From: Eimeria praecox | Lineage: Eukaryota | Reading direction: 5' to 3' | Assembly: GCA_963920595.1 (NCBI GenBank) | Contig: OY986947.1 | Coordinates: 434,001 to 498,000 of the forward strand | Length of the DNA stretch: 64,000 bases | Part shown: one piece after another, positions 40,501 to 53,049 of the stretch | Position numbering within the stretch: the first letter of the stretch is position 1 | Layout of the letters: every line of letters begins with the position of its first letter | Position numbers and translations under genes: made by a program | The notes under the pieces: generated by a model | Seen by the model: the letters and a program-made list of their open reading frames with translations, nothing else | Database searches by the model: none | Told to the model about the DNA's origin: nothing

Positions 40501-43280
40501 ACTTGTTGTAAAGAGTAGTCAAATGGTCGTAAATCGCGTCAATACAACACTTTGTGCTAGGTGCTTCAACGCTGCCCCCTGACGTCCTGCCAGCGTGAAC
40601 ACCAGCATGCCGCCTTCCCGAACTGCCAACATAGGATGCCTACTCGCTCGCATCTACCGAGCATAGCATGCTGCTACGGCACCTGGATCCCCTAAAGCAG
40701 CTCATACTGCTTTGCCAAGCCCATTCATGCTGTAATCAGGGTTAAAAATCTTAAACTATGCGCTGCACGCGCTCAACAAATTGCATGCTTAGACACTTCA
40801 TACTATTGCAAGCACATTATTTTTCTGTGAAGATTCTGGCCTTCCTTACGCTCTGTGTCGAACAACCGCATAAATGCCAGGCCAACCGCTGTCGTCCAAT
40901 AACGCATTGAGGAATCATCTTGTCTTGACGGCCCCTTCACTGTACTCGCTAGTTAGGCCATACACCGGCACTGGTAGAAGAACACGCTTGCACACGCATA
41001 CACCGGGATGCACACACAGAAACATACAAATACACCAGCAGCCCATTTCAAATGTATCGCGCATGCCCAATATACGAGAGGCCAGAAACGCTGCTTAGGC
41101 CTACGCTCCTGCAAACGCTAGAACGTGGCTCTCCATTTAAGCGCGTGGCCATTTTCCATCTTGCCAAAAGGCTGCAACACAAAACGCACTATCAATAAAG
41201 TCGCTTTCCCCAAGTCTGCCCTGCCAGCAGCATATAGGTTCAAGGCCTCAACACCACGTTTCATCTCGAAACAGCCTCCTCTCCAGCTGCACCCTCAGTC
41301 ATCTCTTCCTTACAGCAAACATCAAATTTATGACTGCCTACTTCATGAAGTTCGTACGCCTCTATTCACTTTGAGAACACCGAATCGTTATCGTGAGTGC
41401 TCTAGCCTACGCTCGCAAAGCCACAAGATCGCACTATCGACAGCTCTGATACCCTGCACCAAGTGCGCTGACACGAGCGTCAGCGCGCATTTGGCGGTAC
41501 CCTGTGCAGCACCAACTCTTCCCAAACCCAGATGAGCAGCACAAGCAACCTCGCCGCATTTGCTTAGTCGCTCAGGCCTGTGCCAAATGCGTAGAAAGAG
41601 CGGCATCAGCCTTTCGCCTGGATCTACAAGCCATCGCTTCTACTGAAGGCAAAGGCGCAGAGTATGCACGCACTAGCTAAAAGAGAAGCTATCTGCTTCT
41701 TTGTGTCACCCCATCCGGCATGCTTAACATTCGCTTGCACCGCCGTAATCTTGATAATTAATTATACTAAGTGCTCCACGCAATGCGTGAACTCCCGTGA
41801 AGGTGATGACCACGGAGTTAGCAATTTTTTTTGCAGAGGCCGGCGTTCTGGACATGCCATCTGCATTCTGTAGAAGACAGGGTGTCGTACGCTCTGCTTC
41901 AGAACATACTGGCACTTGGCATGGAGTGGAAAAATGGCGCCAGTCTGTTTGGCATCCCCTACTTTCAAGGGACGAGACTGTCATTCCTAACCGCTAGACT
42001 CTGCAAATCTTGACCCCGAAGGGATTGCCAGCATTCACTAGGGCGCAGCCAAATATATTTATCACCTTCCGGTTCTCTGCAATTGACAACCGCTGTTTAA
42101 GACTCTACATATGCGTACACGAAGACATTGCAGCTTAGACAGCGCATGGCCCGTCAGAGACCGAACGTGTCCCGTCTGCCCTTCCGCCGCACCGTTTGGA
42201 GGAAAGCGCATGCTAAATCTGCATATCATCCCAAGTTCTTGCAGCAGAATTGCTGGGCACAAAACGCCATACAGAATCAGCAACCCTTCACTACTGAATA
42301 CTCCAGGACTGCTCTACGAAGCATCAGCTCAACCGGATGAGCGGCATCCAGCATGGTAGATATAAGCACCCAGACAAACTACATTATCATTCATCTACTC
42401 GCTCCAGCCCAGCTACTCGCATTGCCACACCATGCGCCACAAAGGCCGCTTATAATCCACATGCACTGCTAACAACCAGTTGGGTACGTCTGCCGCGCAT
42501 CTGCCTAGGCCTTCGAAGCTACAGCTGCTCTCTGCCGACGGCTCCAGTCTCTTGCACGGAGTGCTTGCACGCGACTCTCAAGCATGACATGCAGTGCTAC
42601 TCATTTCATTGTAAGGGTGACCCACTATACTGAACCTAACATGCGCGTTCCCTGGTTTGGCTTGACGCGAATTTGCAACAGCGAACATCGCGTGCCCGTC
42701 TACTGATCCCCTCGGCCTCATCGCTTTGGAGACAGGCGCATGGTATATATATGCGCACTGTCTGAAAAAAAGCAAATGGTGTGTTGCGTCAATGCCCTAG
42801 CAATTCAACACTTGATAGCACTCGCTGCAGTGTAGTTGTTCTTGAATTGCCTCGACGCAACAACATTTCGTGCTGGACGTTTCGACGCTGGCAGGCTTAC
42901 TCAGCGTGCTTTGGTGCTCCTCAGTAATACCAGCATAGCGTGCCTCCACTAGCGCGTCCACGCGTGCCTAGTCTATGAGTACGAGTTCTGAAATCTTTAG
43001 AGCAGGCCACAGTGCTTTGGCCAAATATGCTCTGCACGCCACTAGGCAAGCAACACTCTGCACCCAGCACGCACAACAGCCTGCACGCATATAAAGGTTT
43101 CATACGCATTCACGCAGAGCATTCCTCTGTGAAGATCCTGGCCGCCCTTACTCTAAATGTGAAACAACCGCCTAAGCGCCAGAGCAGCCACTGGCGTCCA
43201 ATAACGCATTGAGGAATCATCTTGGCGTGGTGGCCCCCACCTTGGACAGCGCGGTTAAGAAATACACAGGTGCGTCCAGA

Positions 43281-43326
43281 ACACACGAACACACGCACAC
43301 ACACACACACGCACACGCACACACAC

Positions 43327-43359
<33 letters not shown>
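43281..43359. repeat. (CA)n/(CACG) microsatellite, duplicate of 37455-37535, 2 nt shorter
   Basis: Directly visible; accounts for the 5826 to 5824 offset change. Confidence 0.97.
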
Positions 43360-43365
<6 letters not shown>

Positions 43366-45672
43366 CGCATACAAATAAGTCAGCAGTACATTTCAAATGT
43401 ATCGTGCCTGCGCAATAAACGAGACGCCAGAAACGCTGCTTAAGCGTACCCTCCTGTAAACGCTCGAACGTGGCTCTCCATTTAAGCGCGTGGCCATTTT
43501 CCATCTTGCCAAAAGGCTGCAACACAAAACGCACTATCAATAAAGTCGCTTTCCTCAAGCCTGCCCTGCCAGCAGCATATAGATTCAAGGCTCAACCCCA
43601 TGTTTCATCGCAGAACAGCCCCCACTCCAGCTGCATGTTCAGCCGGCTCTTCCTTACACCAAACATCAAATTTATCGCTGCTTACTTCATAAACTCCATG
43701 AGCCTCTATTCACTTTGAGAACATCGATTCATTATCTCGGTAGTTTAGCCTACGCTCGCAAAGGCACAAGACCTTGCGGTTGAGAGATGTGACGCCCTCC
43801 ACCAAGTATGTTGGCATACGTAAGCACGTGCTTGTCGGCACCCTGTGCAGAGCGAGCTATCACCAATCCTCGTTCAGAAACATACGCAGACTCACCGTAT
43901 GTGTGCGATCGCTTCGACCAGAACTAAAATAAAACAAAAAGCGGCACGCGGCTCTTTCCAGCACATATAGGGGTTCTCTGCTACTGAAGGCAACAGCGCC
44001 GAGTATGCACTCACTAGCTAACAGGCAAGCTAGTTACCTCTGTGCTGCAGATGTGAAGTCCATGACAAAACTTGCTGCGACTTCACCATGCTGTGGCGAG
44101 CGGCATCCAAAGATAAGGCAAAACTAGCTTCCACCGCTTGTCCTTGTGTTCTTACCTTCATCGCCCACGCTATGTCCAACGCCTACTCCCACCATGACAG
44201 TCTTTTAAATTGATTAGGTTGAATGAAAAGCCAAACCGTTATTGGGTGGATGAGCCAGCTGAGCATCTAACCTGTTTTCTGATCTAAAGGGTGCAGACAC
44301 CTTGTAATATTATGCTATCCTAGTGTCACCCACGGATTTTCTCATGCACTAGAACTACCCAGCAACTTCCTCCCACCACATGAGGAAAATGCCCACACAA
44401 GTGCAAGCTCTTTTGCTGCTCACAGCCATGTAATGCATCTCGCTTAGTCATGCTCTAGAGGTGCCAACCCAACGCCCTACCCTAAGCACAATAGCGTGGC
44501 ACAGGCCCCCATCCTGACGGTGCACTAGCCGTGCTTTTTGCTGGTGGGGAAGGGTGACGCTCAAAGTCACTACGCTGGAGCAGGCGTCACTTCGTTCCCT
44601 TAATGCAGCAAGCGCAAATGCAAGAAATACAAGCACTCTGCTTAGACCAACCGAAACGATTCACGCATTCCTAGTTTAGCTCAGTCATGGACAGGCTCTG
44701 CTACAGAGAGGGCGCTGATGGCTCTACTGCTTCACTCAAACCAGCACAACTAATGCCACGGGCCGTCCAATCCACTGCGAATCGTTGCGCAGGTTCATCT
44801 TGCTCACACGCAGAGCCGTGCAGATCCACGTTGGCATCTTTGCGCGTTCCACTGATACTACGCACGGAAGAAAACCCGGAAGCTTCAACAACTAATAGTG
44901 CAGCGCAGAGTGCTTGGTAACGCTGAGCCGTCTCATGCATCAAAGGGCGAGTGCTCGTACACTCTGGCATCGCAGAATCCAACGCTTTCCAAGCCACAAA
45001 AATCATGTGCCCACCCCACCAGCATCTGCAAAGTGCGACAGCTGATCTTGGCAGTGATTAAGCGGCAATCCAAAGCAGTCAGTGCTTCTTCTGCCGTTCT
45101 CGTGCTCTGCATCGTTTGGCCTGTGCTAATTCCACCCACACAAGCATGATGTTCACGCGCACACGCTTTAGAGTACCCGAGCAAATTTAGGCATTGCTGC
45201 AGTAAAGCATTTCACTAACACAGCTGCTGCACTAACAGCGCTGCGCTCCAGCAACTTCTAAAGCAGCAGAGGAACAATGCACACCTTGCAATGCACGCTA
45301 CGCCACCCGCATCGGAGCCGTGCGCATGGTAAACGCACGCCTGTGCGAAAGCATGCACCTCCACGCTGATCTACAATATTCTGCCCAGGTCATATATGCT
45401 ACAAAAACAGTTTCGTACGCTCTGCTCCAGAAGGACGGGGCGCTGGCGTTTTCTCGAACTCACGGCAGTTCCCTTGCCATCCTACTTCCCAGAAGCGCAC
45501 CTGTTCTTCCCAGTCACTCGAGGATGCCGGTATGCGAACCACCGGGCCCCCAGAATTCACCACGGCGCAGGCGCAGGGATATATGCTGCGCCGTGTGTTG
45601 GTGCTTTGCATTCGCCATGCACTGGTGAACCCTCTACATATGAATGAACGCAGACTTTGCAGCTTGAACATC

Positions 45673-48600
45673 TCATGGGCGTCCAATGGCTGGCCGTTTA
45701 GTGGATGCCTTTTCCTCGCGTTGTTTGTCAAAAGGAGTCTTTAAAACCTGAACATTATCCAAAGCCCTTGCAGCAACGCCACTGAAGGATCTAGCGGCTT
45801 CAGAACCAACAGACAATAACCTCTAATAATGCAAGAATACTGTAGAGGCAGCACCTCAAGCGAGGCTGAGCGGTATCCACCACAGCCGTAGTTGCACCAA
45901 ATCAAGCTGCTTCACCCAATCACTTATGCTGGCACTGTCACAGCATGCGCCACAAAGGCTGCTTAGAATCCGGTTGCCTTGCAAAGAAGCAGCTGCGTGC
46001 GTCTGCCACTCACCTGCCTAGGTCGTCTATCCTGAAGCGGCACTCTACCAAGGGCCCCAGTCTCTTGAATACAGCGGAATACAGTGCTTGAACGCGTTTC
46101 TCAAGCATTGCATCCACTCCTCATATATTATTGCTAGGATGGCGCAAAGCAATCAAACCAACAAGCGTGCTTCCTGGCTTGGCTTAGCGTGGAGCCGCTG
46201 CAAAGAACGTCGTGCGCCCGGTGACTAATTCCCCAGGTCTCCGCCTTCTAGACGAAAACGCATAACATATAAACACACTCGCTTAAAGGAAATGGTTAGT
46301 TGTACATGCGCTATAACAGTCCAATAGAGGATACCACCTCCTGTAAACGACAATCTGGTTGGTCGTAAATCACTTCCAAGCAACAAATATTTGTTCTGGG
46401 CGTTTTGACAAGGTCGCCAAACCTCTCCAGCATTGGCAGGGTAGGATCCCTCGTCATTCGCACCCACCCGAGCAGAAGGTGCTACTAAAGCGTCGGGTGT
46501 CCTTAAACCAGAGCGCATTGCTTTACCCAAACCAGTGATGCTGCTCATGCCGCTAGGCATCTTACACGCTGCGCCAAACACGCACAGCGATTTGCGCATT
46601 CAAAGGCACCATGTTGTTGTGGGCAGAACCTTATCCTTGTGAGCAGAGCTGTTCGTTGAGAAGAACCTGGTAGCCCTTGCACTGAATGCGGCAATAACCC
46701 GCCCAATCCTTTGCCGATCATTGTTGACGAACAGGGCACTGAGGGATCTTTTTGACTTGATGGCCATACCCTTGGACTGCATCTTTAGGCTGTGCACATG
46801 TGCATGTCTGAACGCGCCTCCCGGCACCACGCGCAACGCGCACACTCCCCAAAGCAGCGCTCAGTAGACAAGGCAACCTCATTGTTTGCCTGTGGTCGTT
46901 TGGGCTAATGTTAAATGAATACAAAAAGGGGCACCCGCCTTTCTCCTCCGCATACAAGGCTCCTCTGCTGATGAAGGCAAAGGCGCCAAGCATGCACGCA
47001 CTAGCTAAAAGGCAAACTGGCTACGCCAGTGCTGCATAGATGAAGTCCGTGGTAGCACTTTCTGTAGCTTCACAATAATGTGGCAGGCGGCCTTGAAAGA
47101 CAAGAATGGTTTGCACAACGTGTCCCAATGTCATTCATTCAGGTATTGTCAGCGTCCATGTGCTCCATCGTGACCTTGAATGTTACTGTTCATTGCGTCA
47201 TGTAGTGCAGGGATTCCCCTGAAACTGATGGCCGTAGAATCTGCATTTTGTTCTGTTGAGGACGGTGCCTCGCACAGCCGAATGGCATTACAAAGTAGAC
47301 AGTGCATCGCATGCTCTGCTTGAGAAGGTGTTTGCGCTTGGCATGACCTGGAAGTGACGACAGCTGTTTGGGTATCCTACGCCCTAGAAACGCGCCTGCT
47401 ATCCCCAATCGCTTCCTTTTGACAGTCCGCGCCGCAGAGGGAACCCCGGCATTCACCGCAGCATACCGGACTATACTGTGCCATTTTCCGGTCCTTTGCA
47501 GTCGCCATTCTTTGTCTAAGCCTCTCTGAACACCGATCATGCAGCGTAAGCATCTTATGGGCGCCCAGCCAAAGGCGTTGTGACTGGTGTATTTCTATCT
47601 CGCCGTTTGGCGAAAAAGCGTTTTAAACCTGCGCAACATTCCAACTTCTTGCAGCAACGCATTGAAGAACCTAGTGCATTCAAAACCAATAGGTGGTCTC
47701 ACTCTTTGTTATCCAGGAGACATCAGATCGGCTGACCCTCATCCAGCATGGCCGTTAGCAGCACCCTGGCAAACAGCGCCACTCGCGGCCTACGCTCTTG
47801 AGTAGATGCACTGCCACAGCATGTGCCGCAAAGGCCCCTGAAAATCTAGTTGCATTGCAAACAGCCAGCTGCACACTTCTGCTCCCACTATGCCTAGCTC
47901 TTCGGTGCTAAAGCCGCTCTATGTCAAATGCTCCACTCTCTTGCATACAGCGCTTGAACGCATTCCTAAGGCACTACAATTTGCTTTGCTCGCCTTATTG
48001 TGAAAGCGGCTAAAACCATTAAGCCTCCAATGTCTGCTTCCGTGGTTCAGCTTGACGCAAAGCCTGAACGGAAACCACCGCGCGCCCGCCGATTGGTCCC
48101 CCAGGTCTACGCTGTTTATACGCAAACACATATGGTATAGGCTCACCCCCTAAAACGAAAACAGTGTTCTGCGTCGATAGCATGGCAATCCAGCTCGTGA
48201 CAGCCCTTGCTGCAAGCACCAACTGGATTGGTTGTGAATTGTCTCAATGCAAGAACACTTTGTGCTGGGTACGTCGAGGTTTTCGTTTAAGCTCACGTAA
48301 ATGCGGACGCGCATTATGCCGCTCTTCAATATTAGCTGCGTACGGTGCGTGCAGCAGCGAATCCATTCGCGTACAATACATGGCTACGACATCAGAAGTC
48401 CTCAAACCAGGGCACAGTGCTTCGACCATTCATGCTCTGCTCAACACCGGGCATTCAACACTATGCTTCTAACACGCGCAACAAATTGCGTACTGAAACC
48501 CTTCACGTTCTTGGTGTCAGATACTTTCATTATGAAGGCCCTTGCCGGTCTGGCAGTACACGCGACACCATCCCCCACAAGAGCGATCACCATTGTCGAG

Positions 48601-49290
48601 TAATGCAACGAGGGGTGTTTTTGGCTTGATGACCCGGTTCTTGGACTGCGTGATTAGGCTGGACGTAGGCATTCAGACACATACAAGCATACAGGGCAGT
48701 CACCAGCACATTTCAAATGCATGATAGCTACTGGGTATACCAGCCAGGAGGGCCGTTTTTTGGACGTTAATCCCTGCAAATCCTCACTATGCTCTCCGCG
48801 TATGCGCTTGGCCCCCCCCTCCACCTTTCCTAGAAGGTACAACGCACAGCGTAAACCCATTAAGCGTGCTTTTCCCCCGTCTGCTTTGCCAGGAGCAGCT
48901 AGTCGCAGAGGCTCAATATCGTGCTTTATAAGGGAAAAACGTCCACGCCAGCTGGATTTTCACCCGTATCTTCCTTCTAAACAAGCAGCAGTTTTGTCCC
49001 GGCCTACTTCTGGGGGCGGGGGGGGGGCTAAGCCTATGATGACTTCCAGAATACCAAATTATCATTATTGATTGCGCATGAGCCTGCGTTCGGGAAGGCG
49101 GAAGAGCTTGCGAACGACAGCTTATGACGCCCCACACCAAATGTGTTCACAAGCAAGTAAGCTTGCACGTAAGCACGTGCTTCTCAGCACCGCATGCAGC
49201 CTTCGGTATCTGCCAAGCCCCGTTCAGCAACATAGGCGGCCGCATGGTATGTGTGTGGGGACCGTGCCGTAAGGCATTGAACGCTCAGCG
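45673..49290. repeat. Older, diverged and partly deleted Y monomers
   Basis: Y landmarks persist in order: GCGCCACAAAGG (~45947), TGAAGGCAAAGGCGCC..ATGCACGCACTAGCTAAAAG (~46972), GTGCCGCAAAGG (~47823), CACATTTCAAATGCAT (~48707). Confidence 0.85.
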
Positions 49291-49799
49291 CAGCGCTTTA
49301 CCCAGCTGCCCCCTCCCTCGAAACGAACGATATACATGCTACTACTGCGTCCGTGCACACAAACACGATTTCCAAACTACAAAGACATCCATACAAGGCA
49401 CGCTGCAGGGACTTTGCCACCTGGCATCTGCCTAGCCACATATTGGCACGCCATAACGCTGTTCCGCCTTGCTCAATGTTGCACAGTTCACATAATAATC
49501 CCTTAATAAGCAAAGGCATAGGCTTGCGGATGTTAACATCGTCAAAGCGCCAACACGGATGCAGCATTCCACACGTCCCACTCAGCGGCCAATTGATGCC
49601 GACCCAACATGCACACCAAATGCTTGTTGCCAAACAGCATGGACTGACATGCCCGAATTGGGCGTACTCCCTGATGCGCACAAAGCCTCATGCTTGGTTA
49701 AGCCGTCAACAACTGCAAGCAAGCACCTTCCTCACCCTCCCCATTATCTTCAGACCCAGGAAACCGGCCCCCTCATCATTACAAATACATCCAGCATCA

Positions 49800-52740
49800 A
49801 ACATCACTCGCACGCGCCCTCATCCAAAGTGTAGAACATATGCGCTCTCTTCACGGTGAAATATGCTGAACGGCTATGCGCATACAGAGAGTTCAGAGTC
49901 GCCCTTGCGCAGCTTTTGTCATGAAGGTCACGATAGTCCCCACGCAGTAAAACACAACCTGTCATCCCTCCCCACTCGTATGCAACCCATTCTGCATCCC
50001 TCATCCTTGTCGTGCAGTGACGCACAAGAACCAAAACGCTCTGCAGGGCTTCCTTCCTTCCTTCCTTTGAACGTACTGCACATGCACATAACTCTCCGCT
50101 CAGCATCTGCTTCCCCACGATAGGCTTTTGGCGCCTGCTACGCTGCCCCCAAGTCGCCGGCATGAATCGCTCACGCGTTTGCGTTCCATCCCAATGTTCC
50201 TGGTGCTCACCTCTTGCGCATACTCACATTTGCCCCAAACTCTTGTCACTCTCCACCGTCCCCGCAACCACTCGTGTATAGTACCTTGGCTCTTCTCCTT
50301 TCCATGCGGCTAAAGCACACGTGTTCTGGATTTACCAAAACCCTGCGCAACAGCCGCCAAGGGCCGTCACATACTTCCTGCGGTGCTCATCACGCATCCC
50401 GACCCTCCCCCGTCAAGTATAAAACCTTGAAGTGAATAGTACTCTCTCGCTTGAGTGCCAACAAACTCACCACCTCATATTAGTATTTGCCAGAATGACG
50501 CGGTTGCCTGTTGGGCAACGTGCCCCCGGGAAATGCAAGCTACAAACCGCTCGGCGGCATTCATTACGCGCCGTCACACCACATTGGACACACACCTAAA
50601 GCATCTACGCCACAGATGTAAGATGCACGACACAGCTTACCGCTGTTCCTAACCATCCAGTCATCATCATTGACACTGGAGCCCTGTTGTACTACCATGG
50701 TTGTTCCTGCGCATGCGGGGGCAAACACGACACACTTTCTGAGTTAACGAATGAGTCCCACACACGTAGGCACTTCGAGTTCAGCTTCTGATATCCACAG
50801 CCCAACCCGCTGCACCACATCCTCTTCTCCATGCGCCGAAGTAATACCGTTGAGTAACGTCCCTTTCCGTAGAGGTTATACCACAACTCCTCTCGCCGCA
50901 GAGCCGTTAGCTCGCAACGGCAAACCTTCATGCATGCAGGGACGGCTGATGCGGTTTTCCGAACAACCCAAATCCCACTAGGGCTAGGCAGAACTCCCAG
51001 CACCATCCTCAACCACTGCTACTCAACACACTCACAACGCGGCAAGCACGCATCTATACGCTATATTGCAAACCAAATAATACCTTGCAGTGGTTAGAGT
51101 CTTCGGTACGCCTGACCGCCCTCCGTTTCTTTCAGCCTTCAGACCTCATCCACCAGGCCTTCTCACCAATGCAAATGAATCCAACACCAACTAGCACGCA
51201 CACGCGCTCTCATGCAAAGTGTGGAACACATGCCCTCTCTTCACGGTGAAATATGCTGAACGGCTATGCGCATACAGAGAGTTCAGAGTCGCCCTTGCGC
51301 AGCTTTTGTCATGAAGGTCACGATAGTCCCCACGCAGTAAAACACAACCTGTCATCCCTCCCCACTCGTATGCAACCCATTCTGCATCCCTCATCCTTGT
51401 CGTGCAGTGACGCACAAGAACCAAAACGCTCTGCAGGGCTTCCTTCCTTCCTTCCTTTGAACGTACTGCACATGCACATAACTCTCCGCTCAGCATCTGC
51501 TTCCCCACGATAGGCTTTTGGCGCCTGCTACGCTGCCCCCAAGTCGCCGGCATGAATCGCTCACGCGTTTGCGTTCCATCCCAATGTTCCTGGTGCTCAC
51601 CTCTTGCGCATACTCACATTTGCCACAAACTCTTGTCACTCTCCACCGTCCCCGCAACCACTCGTGTATAGTCCCTTGGCTCTTCTCCTTTCCATGCGGC
51701 TAAAGCACACGTGTTCTGGATTTACCAAAACCCTGCGCAACAGCCACCAAGGGCCGTCACATACCTCCTGCGGTGCTCATCACGCATCCCAACCCTCCCC
51801 CGTCAAGTATAAAACCTTGAAGTGAATTGTACTCTCTCGCTTGAGTGCCAACAAACTCACCGCCTCATATTAGTATTTGCCAGAATGACGCGGTTGCCTG
51901 TTGGGCAACGTGCCCCCGGGAAATGCAAGCTACAAACCGCTCGGCGGCATCCATTACGCGCCGTCACACCACATTGGGCACACACCTAAAGCATCTACGC
52001 CACAGATGTAAGATGCACGACACAGCTTACCGCTGTTCCTAACCATCCAGTCATCATCATTGACACTGGAGCCCTGTTGTACTACCATGGTTGTTCCTGC
52101 GCATGCGGGGGCAAACACGACACACTTTCTGAGTTAACGAATGAGTCCCACACACGTAGGCACTTCGAGTTCAGCTTCTGATATCCACAGCCCAACCCGC
52201 TGCACCACATCCTCTTCTCCATGCGCCGAAGTAATACCGTTGAGTAACGTCCCTGTCCGTAGAGGTTATACCACAAATCCTCTCGCCGCAGAGCCGTTAT
52301 CTCGCAACGGCAAAGCTTCATGCATGCAGGGACGGCTGATGCAGTTTTCCGAACAACCCAAATCCCACTAGGGCTAGGCAGAACTCCCAGCACCATCCTC
52401 AACCACTGCTACTCAACACACTCACAACGCGGCAAGCACGCATCTATACGCTATATTGCAAACCAAATAATATCTTGCCGTGGTTAGAGTCTTCGGTACG
52501 CCTGACCGCCCTCCGTTTCCTTCAGCCTTCAGACCTCATCCACCAGGCCTTCTCACCAATGCAAATGAATCCAACACCAACTAGCACGCACACGCGCTCT
52601 CATGCAAAGTGTGGAGCATATGCCCTCTCTTCACGGTGAAATATGCTTAATGGATATGCGCATACTCAGAGTTCAGAGTCGCCCTTGTGCAGCTTTTGCC
52701 ATGAAGGTCAAGATAGCCCTCACGCAACAAGGCAGAACCT
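49800..52740. repeat. 1,390-bp tandem repeat (~2.1 copies), a diverged X-family monomer
   Basis: ORF offsets are exactly 1390 (49863/51253, 50751/52141). Shares X landmarks, e.g. ACACTTTCTGAGTTAACGAATGAGTCCCACACACGTA vs GCACTTTCTAAGTTAACGAGCGAGTCCCACAGACGTA. Confidence 0.95.
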
Positions 52741-53049
52741 GCTGTACCTCGCTGTGCACGTGCAGCAGAAGGGGCATCCTCTATTCGCGTCATGTTAGGA
52801 TGCTGAAAAAGCAAAAAGGCGTGATGACCCTCCGTTCATCTAGCATAGCGCAACCGGGTGTCAAGGGAGAGTGAAGACTTGTATCAGCAAGAAACTGTCC
52901 TGTTTATTTGGTTTCCGTGTCACTGGCGCGTAGTGCGAATGTGCGGTGTGATGCGACAGGCCCTCGTGAATGGGGCGCAGTGGCTTGGGGATCGCGGTTC
53001 CCTTGCCCACGCTGCGCAGTCACAGGTGGCCTGAACCCCGCACACGTGT

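Larger units (their letters stand above)
35101..45672. repeat. 5.8-kb higher-order tandem repeat (1.8 copies), each copy a dimer of diverged Y monomers (~2.3 kb and ~3.5 kb)
   Basis: ORF-track offsets are 5826 before and 5824 after the CA microsatellite. Monomer landmarks: CTACTGAAGGCA at ~35814, 38157, 41640, 43981; CATTGAGGAATCATCTT at ~37381, 40906, 43208. Confidence 0.97.

Noticed and set aside
37284..43588. CVCVCV/HTHTHT low-complexity ORFs
   Set aside because: These are translations of the CA microsatellites.
49012..49027. G-run as a functional G-quadruplex
   Set aside because: It is a single short homopolymer-like run absent from sister monomers, likely slippage or a sequencing error.
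35101..49290. SAG surface-antigen gene array
   Set aside because: Unit size is compatible, but no SAG-like cysteine pattern, signal or GPI segments, or exon structure was found on either strand.
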